Below, piece by piece: positions 46,420 through 59,800 of a DNA stretch of 64,000 bases; the stretch's first letter is position 1, and the number at the start of each line of letters is the position of its first letter. This DNA comes from Squalus acanthias (lineage: Eukaryota). Location of the stretch: positions 1,364,001 to 1,428,000 of the forward strand of contig JASTWF010000034.1 in the NCBI GenBank assembly GCA_030390025.1, written 5' to 3'. The notes under the pieces were generated by a model. That model was not told the DNA's origin and did no database searches. It saw only the letters and a program-made list of their open reading frames with translations. The translations under genes were made by a program, and so were the position numbers.

Positions 46420-49400
46420 TTAAACTAAAATAACATTTCCCGGGGAGACGATGCACTCCAGTCCCTGCGGCGCCCACCGGTCTCGGAAGGCTTCAAGTGT
46501 GCCGGCGGACACTGCGTGCTCCATCTCCAGGGCCACCCGGGCGCGAACATGGCCATGGAAGAGAGGCAGGCAATTGGGCCGAACGACCCCCTCAACCGCC
46601 CGCTGCCTGGACCTGTTAATGGCCACTTTGGACAGGCCCAGGAGCAGTCCTACGAGGAGGTCCTCCGAACTGCTCTCTCCCCTCCGCACCGGGTGACCAT
46701 AGATCAGGAGCGTGGGACTGAAGCGCAACCAAAAAGCGAGGAGCAGCCCCTTCAAATATTCAAAGAGGGGCTGCAACCTCTCACATTCCAGGTATACGTG
46801 GAACACGGACTCCTCGAGGCCGCAAAAAAGACAGGCGGCCTGGGAATCCGTGAACCTACTTAAAAACCGATTGCACGGGACTGCTCCGTGCAACACCCTC
46901 CAGGCCAAGTCCCCAATAGAAAAGGGGAGGACTCCCGCGTAGAGAGCCCTCCATTGGGGACCTTCGCCTCCGCCGGACGGCAAGATGGCACGCCAAGGCG
47001 TGTCCGGACGGCAGGCGAAGATGACAAAGTGGAAAGTGTGCAGGAGCAGCCCGTACAGGAACCCCTCCGTGCGGAACTGAAGGGCACGGAGGGCATTTCC
47101 CCGAGACGGCTCAAGTTGTGAGGCGCCGGTTCCCGAGAGGGGTTTTGGGGCCGCGCGTCGATGAGGAATTCCGTCCGAACGGAGGTCAGTTCGGACGGGA
47201 TCGCCCCACGTGCTTGAGCCTCCTCGATACACCTAGTGGAGTCCGGGCCCAGTGCCACTTTCAGCAACTCGATGGCTTTGGTCGCACGCCAGACGTCTAC
47301 CCAGGAGAGGCGCCGCGCCAACTCCTCCGGCGCCATCCAGCCCGCTCCTCCGCCATCGAGCAGGTCCCTGACTCTGGTCACCTTGCCAGGCACAGCCCTG
47401 CCCTCCGCCAGCCAGCCGATCCGTCGGACGTGGAGTTGCGGATTCCTGAGCAGCAGCTCCCGAAGGAGAGCCGCCACTCCTGACGGGGGAGAACTCTGCC
47501 TGGAGGCGATCTGGTTCCAGACCCATAGCAGTTCCTGGTAAAAGACAGGCAGCTCCCACAGGTAGGCTCACGTGCGGCCTAATTCCACAAACAGGAGCTG
47601 CGTGTCGTAGTTGAGGCCGTGCATCTGGCGGAAGAAATACGTCGCCAGCGCACACCATCAGGGAGGATTCTCGACGTAAAGGTACCTCTGCAGCGTCTGA
47701 AGACGGAAAGTCGCCGCCTGGGTGCGAAGGCACACCAGCGCCTGACCGCCCTCCCTAAGCGGGAGACACAGAACCGTGGCAGAGACCCAGTGTTTCCTTT
47801 TGTCCCAGAAGAAGTCGATGAGCATCTTCTTTATTTTGGCGACAAACGCAGGGGGAGGGATCAAAGTGACCAACTGGTACCACAACATGGCGGCCACCAG
47901 CTGGTTTATGACCAGCGCTCGACCCCTGTAGGACAACACTCGGAGCAACCCCGTCCAGCGTCCTAGGCGAGCGGTGACTTTGGCCTCCAGCTCTTGCCAG
48001 TTCGCCGGCCAGGTGTCCTCGGCAGGGCCGAGGTAGACTCCCAAGTAGAGGAGGTGCGTTTTGCTCCAGGCGAAGGCCCTGAACTCCTCCGGCAGGGAGT
48101 CCACCCGCCACTGGCCCACCAGGAGTCCAGAACATTTCTCCCAGTTGATCCTGGCGGAGGATGCGTCCGAGTAAATCTGCTGGCATTCTCGCATCCTCCG
48201 CAGGTCGACGGGATCCGTGACGATGAGAAGCATGTCATCGGCGCAAGCCAAGAGGACGACCTCCACGCCCGGCCCTTGCAGAGCCAGTCCCGTCAACCTC
48301 TTCCGCAAGAGGCGCAGGAAAGGCTCCATGCAAACGGCATATAACTGACCGGACATGGGGCATCCCTGACGCACCCCCCTCCCGAAGCGAAGGGGCGCCG
48401 TCAAAGACCCGTTAACTTTAATCAGACACTCCGTGGCAGCGTACAGAAGTCGGATCCGGGAGACGAAATGCGTCCCGAACCCGAATGCGCGCAGAGTCCC
48501 GAAGAGATACTCATCATCCACCCTGTCGAACGCCTTCTCCTGATCCAGGGAAAGGAAGGCGACCGACAGACCAGTCCTTTGGGAAAGGTGGACCAGGTCC
48601 CGGACCAGATGGATGTTGTCGTGGATTGTCTGGCCCGGGACCGTGTAGGACTGGTCGGGGTGGATCATGTGGGCCAGCACGGTGCCGAGGCGGGCAGACA
48701 TGGCCCTGGCAAAAATTTTATAGTCCGTGCTGAGGAGGGAGACCGGGCGCCAGTTTTTTAAAAGGCGGAGATCACCCCTCTTGGGCTGCAGGACGATGAC
48801 CGCCCTGCGCCAAGAGAGGGGCATCTCCCCGGTCGCCAGACTTTCCACCAGGACCCGCGCGTAGTCGCCCCCCAAGACGCCCCAGAACGCCCTGTGGAAC
48901 TCCACGGTCAGCCTGTCCAGCCCCGGGGACTTTCCCCTCGAGAGCTGGCGCAGGGCGCCGGTCAGCTCCGCCAAGCTTAGCGGAGCATCCAATTCTTCGG
49001 CGCCCTCCGGGCCGACCTTCGGCAGGTCCTCCCACAAAACTCTGCGCGCATCCTCGCTGGACGGATCCAGAGAGAACAGAGCCCCGTAATAGGCACGGGT
49101 CTCCGCGCTGATCCCCTCCGGATCCGAGACCAGAGATCCGTCGTCGGCCAGCAGCCCCAAGAGCTGCTTACGGACCCCTCATCTTTTTTCCAGCGAGTAG
49201 AAGAAGGGGGAGCCAGGTCCAGTTCCCGGAGGAACTGGATTCGCGACCTCACGTACGCGCCTCGGGACCCGACCAGCTGCAGGTCCTTCAGCGCGCCCTT
49301 CTTTTCTTCATACACCTTCCGCAGGGCCGGGTCTTCGACGACTTGACCGAGATGGGACTCCAGGTCGAGCACCTCCCTCTCCAACCGCCCGACCTGGGCC

Positions 49401-50317
49401 TACCGCCTCTTGGTCGAATCCCTCGCGTACTCTTGACAGAAGAGACGGACGTGAGCCTTGCCCACGTCCCACCATAGCCTCAAGGAGGGGAAGCCCCCCT
49501 GCTTCCTTCTCCAGTCGGCCCAGAACCGACGAAACGAATCCCGGAACCGCACGTCATCCAGCAGCAGGTTGTTAAAATGCCGGTACGCGGACCCCCACGG
49601 CGCCCGCAACGGAGCGAGCTCCGTCCACACCAGGTGGTGGTCCGTGCATGGCACCAGCCACATAGAAGCCGCCGGAACGCAGGAGACGTACGCCCTGGAA
49701 ATATGAAGGCGGTCGATTCTGGACCTTCCTCCTCCAGACCCCACCCAAGTGAAGGCGCTGGAGTCGGGATGGAGATTTCGCCAGACGTCCACCAAGTCGA
49801 AGGACCCGACCAGGTCCCTCAACTTCCCCGTCCCCGCTAGGCTTCGCGGAGGGCCCGAACGGTCCCTCGCCTCGAGGGTACAATTAAAATCCCCCCCGAG
49901 GATTACGCACTCGCCCACGTCGATGGAGCCCAGAAGAGCGGACACTTCTTCGAAGAAGCGCACTTGCTGCGCACCGGGCTGGGGGGCGTGCACGTTCCCT
50001 AAATGGAGCGGCACGCCCCCCAGGCGAACAGTGACCTGGAGCAAGCGGCCCGGCACATGCTCCTTGACCCCCAAGATCTCCGGCTGAAAATGCGGGGCCA
50101 GCAAGATAGCCACCCCACCGGAAATGTTGGAGAGGTGACTCATGCTGACCCCTCCTCGCCACTCCAGGAGCCACGTGGCCTCGTCTCCCGGAACGGTGTG
50201 AGTTTCCTGCAGGAAGCACACCGCATGCCTCCCCTCCCGAAGGGACGAGAAGTTATTAAATCTACGGCGTGCCTCTCTGCTGCCATTGATGTTGAGGCTG
50301 GCTATGGTTATCTTCAT
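46420..50317 (-). pseudogene. Tx1 ORF2 (APE-RT, disrupted)
   Basis: SLNINGS, LQETH, GGDFN, SRIDR, TDH; KNWRPVSLL, LDQEKAFD, GVRQGCP, ACADD; C-terminal CLFCGLEESVFHVYLEC. Confidence 0.93.
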
Positions 50318-50414
50318 GACAAGAGTACAACCTCTACCTTACTCTAACGGTCATGATGTGGAGATGCCGGCGTTGGACTGGGGTGGACAAAAATGAGAAG
50401 TCGCACAACATACT

Positions 50415-52507
50415 CTAACGGGAGGAGGGAGCGCGGCCGCTAGTCGACCGCCACTCCCTTCTAAGCCCAGCGAGGAACTTCCGGATCCGACGCCGCTCGG
50501 CCGGGCCCACGCCCGCGTCCGCGCCCATGGTTTTGACTGCGGCACGGACGGAGCAAACGAGCAGCGCCAGATCCGACCATTTATCGATGGCCAGCTGGAT
50601 TATATCCTGCCGAGCCTGGCCCATGGCCACAAAGTTCCGGAGTTCCACAACGGGGATGAGGGGGGACCCGGAGGGGGGCACGAGGGCATCCACCGCCTCA
50701 CTGGCGATGGATTCCATGTCATCCTCAGTGTCCTCCGCTGGGTCCCCGTCCTCCTCCGGGGGGTCGCCATCGGCCGGCCCTAACTCTGCCCCGATCCCAC
50801 CCCCAGGATCGGCAGCAGAGGAGTCCTCCCTGGGCTCCTCCAGAGGCGCCGGGTCAGGAAGCGGCGGCGGCTCGGGGCCCCCTTCTGCCCCCGGTACCGG
50901 GGTGCACGGGGAAACCGGGGAGTACATTAGTGCCAGTTCCCCCGGCGCCAGCGTCAGAGACGGAGTCAGGGGGCCTTCCCCTTCACCGCCACCATCCTCC
51001 GACCCAGCGGACCGGGTACCCTGGTTATATTGCTCAACCAGGTCGAGCAGCACCTGGGAGTAGTCCTGACCGTATACGGCGGGCTCAGCCTCATTGGCCT
51101 CACCCGCCCCGGTCCCCAGGACGCCCGACCTGGCGAGAAACAACGGTTCAGCATAATTTCCCACCGCGGGTAGTTCCGCGCCCCCCCCCCCCCCCCATGA
51201 GCAGGGCCTCTTCCCCATCCCCGGGAGGCACAGGTTGGACAGACTCATCTGTCGTGCCCTCCCGGGGGACAGGCGATCCCTGCCGGACGTCGGTGATGGT
51301 GTCGGTGGGGGGGGGGGGGGGGCGCAGCACCCGCTGCGGGCGATGACTCCCCTTGCGAGGGGGGACCCTGTTCCTCGCGGTCCTCCTCCTCATCCAGGGC
51401 GTCGCGCCTTCTTTTCAGTGTGGAGGGACACGAAAGTTGGGAGACCTCCATGCATACCGAGGCCTCCACCTCCGCTCCCCCCTGTCGATCGGTCTGCTCG
51501 GGGGTCCCGGGCCCGGTCACGGCCGCAGGTCTCGATTTTGCCACCTCGGCGGTTGCGGCCGCAGGCCCGGGCACGAGTTACCTCGCATTCTCGAGCACCG
51601 CCGCCTCCCGCGCAAGGTATGGGGGCGTAAGCTCGGGTAAGTCGTCATGTATGTCAAGGGGACCCGCCTGAAGGTGTTTGCTTTTCCTCCGCGCCTTCCT
51701 TCCAATCAGATGCTCCCCCTCCCCTCTGCCGGAGGCCGTGACGGCGTTGACCTCCGGCGTCGACCGCGCATCGGGTGTCACGGACGCGCGGACAGAAACA
51801 GGGGGAGGAGCGGCGGCGGCGCCAGCCTTGGCCGCCTCAGATGTTTTGGCGGCCTTGGAGGCGGGGCAATTCTTTCTTATGTGCCCCACCTCCTTTCAGG
51901 CGTGGCAGCGCACACCGTCCGACGTCCAGAAGACGCGGTAGGCGGTCCCCTCGTGTGTTATACTAAATTCGCCTTCCGTGTCCTCCTCCCGCGCCAGCTG
52001 GATAAAGAGCTGGCGCCGGAAGGAGAAGACGTGCCGGAGGCTGGCCTCCCTGCAGCCGAGCGGGATCGGATTAATCCCCGACCTCACCTCCCCCAGTTGA
52101 CGTAGGTGGGGGAGGAGGAGCTCAACCGGAACAAAGGGCGGGACATTTGATAATATGAGTCGCTGCTCGGTGGCCTCGAGCGGATCCACCGGCAGGAAGG
52201 TCCCGCCCACCGTGAGCCCCTCGGTGACGGCCAGGGACACCGCCCGCTCCGACCCCAGGAAGAACACAGCCTTACCGTACATTTTAGAGGCCGCAACGAT
52301 GGCTGAGGGACCGACTACCCCAGCCATGGCTTTGACGCAAGCCTCTATGGTCATGTTGGGGTGAGTGTAGCTCTTCACCCCCAGCTTTTTTGTCAATAGC
52401 CTGAAAGGCGACGGGGCAGCAGAAGCAGCGGGACCAGCTGTGGCCGTGGCTGCCACACCCGCGTACGACCTTGCTTGCCCCGTCGCCGGCGAAGATGTGT
52501 TCGCCAT
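50415..52507 (-). pseudogene. Tx1 ORF1 (disrupted)
   Basis: ATG 52507 MANTSSPATG...IVAASKMYGKAVFFL...LSNVPPF; knuckle CHA*KEVGHIRKNCP with Cys>TGA at 51896-51898; further stops and shifts near long G/C runs. Confidence 0.85.
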
Positions 52508-53639
52508 ACTGAGGTGGTATAAAGGGCTACACTCACCCCAAGTCACAGGCCGGGTGATGTTTAAATGGCCTTGGTTTTTTTTTTTGTCTTTTCCCCGAGC
52601 AGAGGGGGTTGTCTTAAAAATGAAGGCACACCTCTCCCTTGGATGATCGGAATTGGGAGAGTGGCCTTCTCCCCTCTGCTCAATTGGGTAATTAATAAAG
52701 GATGAGGTGCCTTGGTAGAGAGAGAGAGGCAGAGAGAGAGAGAGAGAGAGAGAGGGGGAGGAAGGAGGGAGGCCGCAGGGGCCTGTTCGCCACTCAGGAT
52801 AGTGGGTGGGTGGGTGCTTCCAGCGGGGGGGTGGCACTCTCCGATGTTAAATAAAGTCCTTGTTGATGGTCTTCTGGTGGGGGGAGAAGATGTCTTCACC
52901 TGGGAAAAAAATAAAGCTGGAGATGCCCAGGCTCAGTCCACAACCAGGTCTTAACGATGTTCTAGATTGGATAATTAATTGATGACTTTGCCTGGGCAGC
53001 TCCAGCTGTCCCAGGTGAAGCAATAGGCAAGGGGTGCTTGCTGATGGTGTGTGTGGCCTAGTTGTTAGCAAGAGCCACACACACTCACACACACCCCTTG
53101 CTGTCCCGGTCTTCTCCTTCTTCTTTCCTCCCCCCACCTCAAATACAAAGTCTTTTGGAGAGTGCCCTTTTTAACACCCACCTCTAGATGTTGTTATTCT
53201 CCTCGGTGGCTCGCTCTCCCTCCTTCCAAGCAGATGTTGGTCTTGTTCTCCCCTCTCCCCCTCTCTCGTAATGGAGACCAGTTGGGGAGGCAGTGATGGA
53301 AAGGCGTCCCTCTGTTGTTGCTGGACTCCTCTCTCTCCTCTCCTCCCCTCTCTCCCTTCTGGCACCTCAGCAGTAGTAATGGTAGTAGCTGCAGGCGTGG
53401 TGGAGGTGGAAAGGGTCTCCACTCTGCCCTTCGTGGCTCCTTCTCCTTCTCCTCCTAGGCACAATGAGAGACCTTTCCCTTCCTCTCCTCTTCTCTTCTC
53501 AGCACTCTGGTTCACACAGCACCGAGTTGAGCAGAGAATCTCGCAGCCTCAGCCTCTGCCTCTGTCTGTCCTCCACCGGGTGTTTGTGAAGCGGATAATG
53601 TGGAGTGTTTTAATAATGGGGCCTGGGGCCGCACTCGGG

Positions 53640-53949
53640 GTGTGTACTCTTTTGAGTTAACATAAAACGACTGTAAATTAACAAAATTTCGAATGAAACT
53701 TATCCCATTAAACTAAAATAACATTGTCCGGGGAGACGATGCACTTCAGTCCCCTGCAGGCGCCCACCGGTCGCGAAAAACTCAAGCGTGCCGGTGGACA
53801 CCGCGTGCTCCATCTCCAGGGCCATCCGGGCGCGAACATGGCCGCGGAAGAGAGGCAGGCAATCGGGCCGAACGACCCCCTCGACTGCCCGCTGCCTGGA
53901 CCAATTAATGGCCTTCTTGGCCAGGCCCAGGAGCAGTCCTACAAGGAGG
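53640..53949 (-). mobile_element. Second Tx1 copy, 3' end only
   Basis: LLVGLLLGLAKKAINWSRQRAVEG... aligns with 46350-46660. Confidence 0.9.
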
Positions 53950-54267
53950 AGCTGCAAGGGTGTACAGCGTCAAGTGAAGTAGATCTGGCCATGGTGAGGC
54001 CAGCCCTGTCCTGCCGGGCAGTAATGTGCTCGGGTGCTGATGCGCTCTGTCCTCTGCAGCATCAAGTGATTGCGGAGAAGGTTGGTGGTGTTGTTGGTGC
54101 TGCTGGTGTGCCTGGCGCTGCTGAGGACCAAGGTGAGACAGTATAAACGGCATCCATGCTGATGGAATAGATGGCAGGTGAAGTAGAGATGACAGAAGCA
54201 ATCTGTCAATGTGGGAGAGGTTCCTCCAATGAGGTGACACTGGATGGAGACTTTGCTGGAAAGACAG

Positions 54268-54610
54268 ACTAGATGCAGGAAGGATGTTCCCGATGGTCGG
54301 GGAGTCCAGAACCAGGGGTCACAGTCTAAGGATAAGGGGTAAGCCAGTTAGGACAGAAATGAGGAGGAATTTCTTCACCCAGAGAGTGGTGAACCTGTGG
54401 AATTCTCTGCCACAGAAGGCAGTAGAGGCCAATTCATTAAATAGATTCAAGGAGTTGGATATATTTCTTAATGCTAAAGGGTTCAAGGGATATGGGGAGA
54501 AAGCAGGGACAGGGTACTGAATTTGGATAATCAGCCATGATCGCATTGAATGGCAGAGCAGGCTAGAGGGGCCGAATGGCCTACTCCTTCTTCTATCTTC
54601 TATGAGTCTA
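54268..54610 (+). mobile_element. CR1 LINE 3' fragment
   Basis: ORF 54284-54520 MFPMVGESRTRGH...GYGEKAGTGY plus tail. Confidence 0.93.
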
Positions 54611-54611
54611 T

Positions 54612-56680
54612 GAGATCCAAACCCCAACATTGTCATTAAACCTGCTGACAAGGATGGTGCTGCTGTTGTTTGGCGAACCGACCTCTACCGTGCGGAGGCT
54701 GATCGCCAATCTCCGACACCTCCTCCTCTGACCTCCGCCTGGACAATGGCCCCACCACCGAACATCAAGCCACCATTTCCTAGACTGTCACTTGCCTCAT
54801 CTCCTCTGGAGATCTTCCCTCCACGGCCGCCAGTCTCATAATTCCCCAACCCCGCACAGCCCTCTTCTACCTCCTGCCCAAGATCCACAAACAGGTCTGC
54901 CCTGGTAGACGCATCGTTTCAGCCTGTCCTTGCCCCACGGAAAGTAACTCTTCCTATCTCGACTGTATTTTCTCTCCACTTGTCCAGTCTCTTCCCACCT
55001 ACATCCGCGACTCTTCCGACGCCCACTGCCGCTTTAACAGTTTCCAGTTTCCTGGCCCCAACCGTCTCCTTTTCACTATGGATGTCCAATCCCTCTACAC
55101 CTCCATCCCCCACCAGGACGGCCTGAGGGCGCTCCGCTTCTTCCTTGAAAAGAGGCCCTACCAGTCCCGATCCACCACAACCCTACTCCGCCTGGCTGAA
55201 CTTCTTCTCACCTTGAACAACTTCTCCTTTGACTCCAGTCAATTCCTCCAAATTAAAGGTGTTGCTATGGGAACACAATGGGCCCTAGCAATGCCTGCCT
55301 TTTCGTGGGATATGTGGACATTCTTTGTTCCAGTCCGACTCAGGTCCCCTCCCTCACCTCTTTTTCTGGTACATTGATGACTGTATCGGTGCTGTTTCCT
55401 GCTCTCGCCCTGAACTAGAAAATGTCATTCCCTTTGCTTCCAATCTCCACCCTTCCCTCACCTTCACATGGTCCATCTGTGGCTCTTCCCTTCCCTTCCT
55501 TGACTTCTCCGTCTCCATCTCTGGGGATAGGTTATTAACAAACATTCACTGTAAGCCCACTGACTCCCACAGCTACCTGGACTACACTTCCTCACACCCC
55601 GCTTCCTGTAAGGACTCTATTCCATTCTCCCAATTTCTCTGTCTCCTCTGCATCTGCTCTGACGATGCCACCTTCCATACTGGTGCTTCCGACATGTCTT
55701 CCTTTTTCAACAACCGAGGATTCCCCTCTACTGTGGTTGACACGGCCCTTGACCGTGTCCGTTCTATTTCCCGCACTTCTGCTCTCACCCCTTTCCCTCC
55801 CTCCTGGAACCACGATAGGGTTCCCCTTGTCCTCATCTTTCACCCCACCAGCCTCCACATTCAACAGATCATCCTCCGCCATTTCCGCCACCTCTAGCGT
55901 GATCCCTTTCAGCATTCCAAAGGGAATACTCTCTCCAAAACATCCTGGCCCACTCCTCTATCACCCCCAACAACCCGCTGCACTTCCCACGGCAGCTTCC
56001 ATGCAAGCCTGTACACTGGGGAGATCAAACGCACATTGGATGACCGCTTTGCGGAACACCTCCCTGCAGTCTGTAAGGGTGATCCCGAGCTTCCGGTCGC
56101 CTGTCACCTTAATTCTCCGCCCCACTCCCACTCTGACCTCTCCGTCCTCGGCCTCTTATACTGTTCCAATGATGCTCAACGTAAGCTCAAGGATCAGCAC
56201 CTCATCTTTCGATTAGGCACTTTACAGCCTTCTGGACTCAACAATAATTTCAACAATTTCAGACCATAAACTCTGTCCCTATCATTTTTTTCATTTTTTC
56301 TCTCTCTCACACCGCAGCTGTCGATCATTCTGCCATTGCCATTTACACTTCATCTAGAGTCATATTTTGTTTCTTAACTTGTCCCATTACCATCTCCTTT
56401 TGCCTTGCACCATCATCCTTTTTGTCTCTTAATCTCTCCTGCCTTCCATCCTATCACAGACCTTCACATTTGTTCTTTCCTCCCCTCCCCCTTTCCCTGC
56501 CCCTACACTAACTTAAAAACCTGTTCCATCTCCAACTTTTTCCAGTTCTGACGAAGGGTCATCGACCTGAAACATGAACTCTGATTCTCTCTCCACAAAT
56601 GCTGCCTGACCTGCTGAGTACTTCCAACATTTTCTGTTGTTATTTCAGATTTCCAGCATCCACAGTATTTTGCTTTTGTA
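54612..56680 (+). mobile_element. Penelope-like element (RT + GIY-YIG endonuclease), decayed
   Basis: KPADK, LPKIHK, MDVQSLYTSIP, GVAMGT, YIDD, KPTDSHSYL (PLE RT); YTGEIKRTLDDRFAEH...PSGLN (GIY-YIG); 3' tail TCTGACGAAGGGTCATCGACCTGAAAC. Confidence 0.92.
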
Positions 56681-56899
56681 CTAATAATTGAAATTGGGTC
56701 GCTCGCCTCTGCTGGTCAGGGCGGATCCACACTGACAGACGCACCTGGGGGACAGGCGCGTGGGAGCGGGATGACAGTGGGTTCCCGACCCGTTCACAGA
56801 AATAACAACTTTCTCACCCGACCTGCCTCCGATTGCGCCCGCTACCACCCCAGAAAATGAACATTTCCAGCATTTTCTGTTTAAATTATCAGTAGCTAT

Positions 56900-59800
56900 T
56901 TGTCAGACCTTTAACAGTGGATTTAACCTTACCTTTTAAATTGAACTGGATGGCCACGGGATGCTCGCTGCTCGGGAACCACGTCTGTCAACCTGAGGCG
57001 GGAGTTCAGTGGCCATTGCTCCAGCTGATTACTTGTCAGCATCAAATGTAGTATAAATACCCCCACCTGATTGATGATCACTTTCCTCAGCAGAAGCTGT
57101 TTCTCACTGCATTCCCAGCACAGATTCAGCAGGCTGCAGTCTTTCCAGCAAAGTCTCCATCAAGTGTCACCTCATTGGAGGAACCTCTCCAACATTGACA
57201 GATTGCTTCTGTCATCTCTACTTCACCTGCCATCTATTCCATCAGCATGGATGCCGTTTATACTGTCTCACCTTGGTCCTCAGAATCTGATCACGATGAG
57301 CCCCAACACCAGCAGCGCCAGGCACACCATCAGCACCAACAACAACACCAACCTACTCCACAATCACTTGATGCTGCAGAGGACAGAGCGCATCAGCACC
57401 CGAGCACATTGCTGCCCGGCAGGCCAGGGCTGGTCTCACCATGGCCAGATTTACTTCACTTGACGCTGTACACCCTTACAGCTGCCACATGATGCTCCAG
57501 GATGGCACTACCCCACAGCAACACCGTAAAGCATCACTGCAATGACCAAGCCATTCCTTTCACACTCACCACCATTGCTGGAGGTACCGTTATGTCTCAT
57601 CATTCACTGCATCTCATTAATCCACGTGCAAAGGTGCACACAGATCAGTCCAAGACCGGAAAGTGTTGAAAATATGAATTTTGATGTTTGACAGCACATT
57701 AACGGAAACTTTATCTGAACATTCGATAAAACACCCAAATGGCTACCCTTGTGAATTATACCTGTGTACGAAAGACTGATGCTTGGATGTTTTTAGTAAT
57801 AACATGTATAAGTGTGAGTGTAGAATAGTGAACTTCACATTAACCAAATATCCATATTGAGTGTGAACTTTAATGACTTATGCATAAATTGCTAAGGCTT
57901 GCTCCAAATGTAACTGCAAAGACAGCCAGGACCAGTCAAGAGTAGCTCTGATAACGGACAGTATCGCAGCTGACGCAGATTATGAGGCCTTGTACTGCCT
58001 GTACCAGGGAAGCTAGAAATGAGAGAGATAAAGTAAATTCCAATGGGGTGAAGAACTATAAACAAGATGCCAATGAACAGGAAAAAGTTGTAGGAAAAAT
58101 ACTGGAAAGGCGGGGCCAAGATGCTAAACTTAGTCTGAGTGACAATGGTGTTTTGACCATTACAACCTATTAAAATAGGTGATTTTGTTAAAGATCTTAT
58201 ATGGACAATGCCCAAAAGATATGGGTTAAAACCTCGAAAAACAACTTTACACAGACCTACTGCAAGAACAAAGGAACAGACTGAAGATGACGTCACCTGT
58301 GTCCGAGAGGTTCCAGAGTCCAAGGGCTGCGAGCTACTCGTTAAACTATCGCCTGCTGTTCAGTCTATTACGCTGTAAGATTAATAAATCTTGATCTATT
58401 GCTCAAATATACTGACTGTTGCCTATTGGTGTCTTGTCCAAGAACTCTGAGAGATCATAAAGATCTTACATTTGTGTGTCATCTTTCTCTTCTGCATGTA
58501 TCTACGAAGAGCTAGCCCTGTGTCTTCAGCAGAGGTAGAAGCAGCCTGCTCACTTCCCTGCTGCCAAGGAGGTGGAGAGCACCTTGCTGCACAGAAGTGA
58601 GGCCATGAGGACCCACGTCTATGCTGACATCCCTCTTAGAGAGGAGGTCTATGAGCCTCTGCCATCTATTCTCTATACATAGCCATCTATCCTCCATAAA
58701 GATCATGTGTTCCTCCGACTGGCACATTAGCTGCTCCATGTAGCTGCCCATCCTATCCATGGAGGAGCCTACAGTCACCATGTGCTGTGACATGGTGGTT
58801 GTCATGTTGCAGATGGGCTCCTCCATTCTCTGAACATTTCTAGTCATCGCGCTCGTAAAACCTGTCAGAGCCCCCTGCACTTCTTGCTGCACCTCCAGGA
58901 TCGCCCTCTTTCTGGATGGCCCCCGAGGCTCAGCGTCTGCATGCAGCTAGGCAGAGCTGGGAGCGTCCTGCGCCCTAAGGCAAGGAGACTCCACTGCTCT
59001 CCCTCTCTCCACCATCTGCTCTTGCACACTTGTGAGTTATGAGACACCAGGTTACAGCACTAGTCGATCTCGTGTGGGACTCACCGAGGTTTGCGTGTCT
59101 GCCCTTGTATTGGGTGAGCTAATGTCTGGTGATGGTGCGCCCTCAGAGGCTGGAGGCTCCACTGAGGAGTCCTCTTCCTCTTCCTCCTGGACAGTGGAGG
59201 GGGGAGCTCTTGATGGACGTGTGGAAGAGTGAAGATATGAGTTGGTTATGTCATATGAAGAATGGGTACAGATATCATTATGCACATGATGACCATTCAG
59301 TGAGATGAGTGCCCATATGAGTGACGGATGTATGCCATGTAGCTTTATGATATGTAATTCTGTCACCAGGTTGCCGAGATGTCCCACTTGCTCCGTCTCC
59401 CAACTCCAGCTGCTCGGCGATTCCAGATATTTCTATTGGAGCTAGTGAGATAATGTAAATAAAAAGAGAGGGATGGGTGGACGTGCAAGGTATGTTGTTG
59501 TGTGTAACACTGTGCAGAGATAGAGTTGGGAAGGCAGAGTGATGTGGGTGTGATGAGGGTCACAGCAAGATGAAGGTGAGTGTGGCTTTGTACTCATATT
59601 TCCTGATCTAATGAGATTATTGAAACGTTTGTGGCACTGCACCCAGGTCTTCCTGACAACATCCCTGCTGGTGACCCCCTCTGCAATCTCCAACCAGGCT
59701 GTTTTGGTGTCCTGGAGAGGTCTCTTCCGTCCATTGGAAGAGAAGAGGACCACCCTGAATGCTTTGACTCCCTCTGCCTATGTGCAGTCATTGTTAATGT

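Larger units (their letters stand above)
46350..53509 (-). mobile_element. Apparently full-length but decayed Tx1-clade non-LTR retrotransposon
   Basis: About 1-kb purine-rich 5' UTR, ORF1 with CCHC knuckle, ORF2 APE + RT + C-terminal Cys/His motif; several stops and frameshifts. The exact 3' end is uncertain. Confidence 0.92.

Noticed and set aside
51181..51322. C16 and G16 runs forming a potential hairpin in Tx1 ORF1
   Set aside because: Homopolymer slippage coinciding with frameshifts; no evidence of function.
46451..53660. Many overlapping plus-strand ORFs
   Set aside because: Antisense shadows of the GC-rich Tx1 element.
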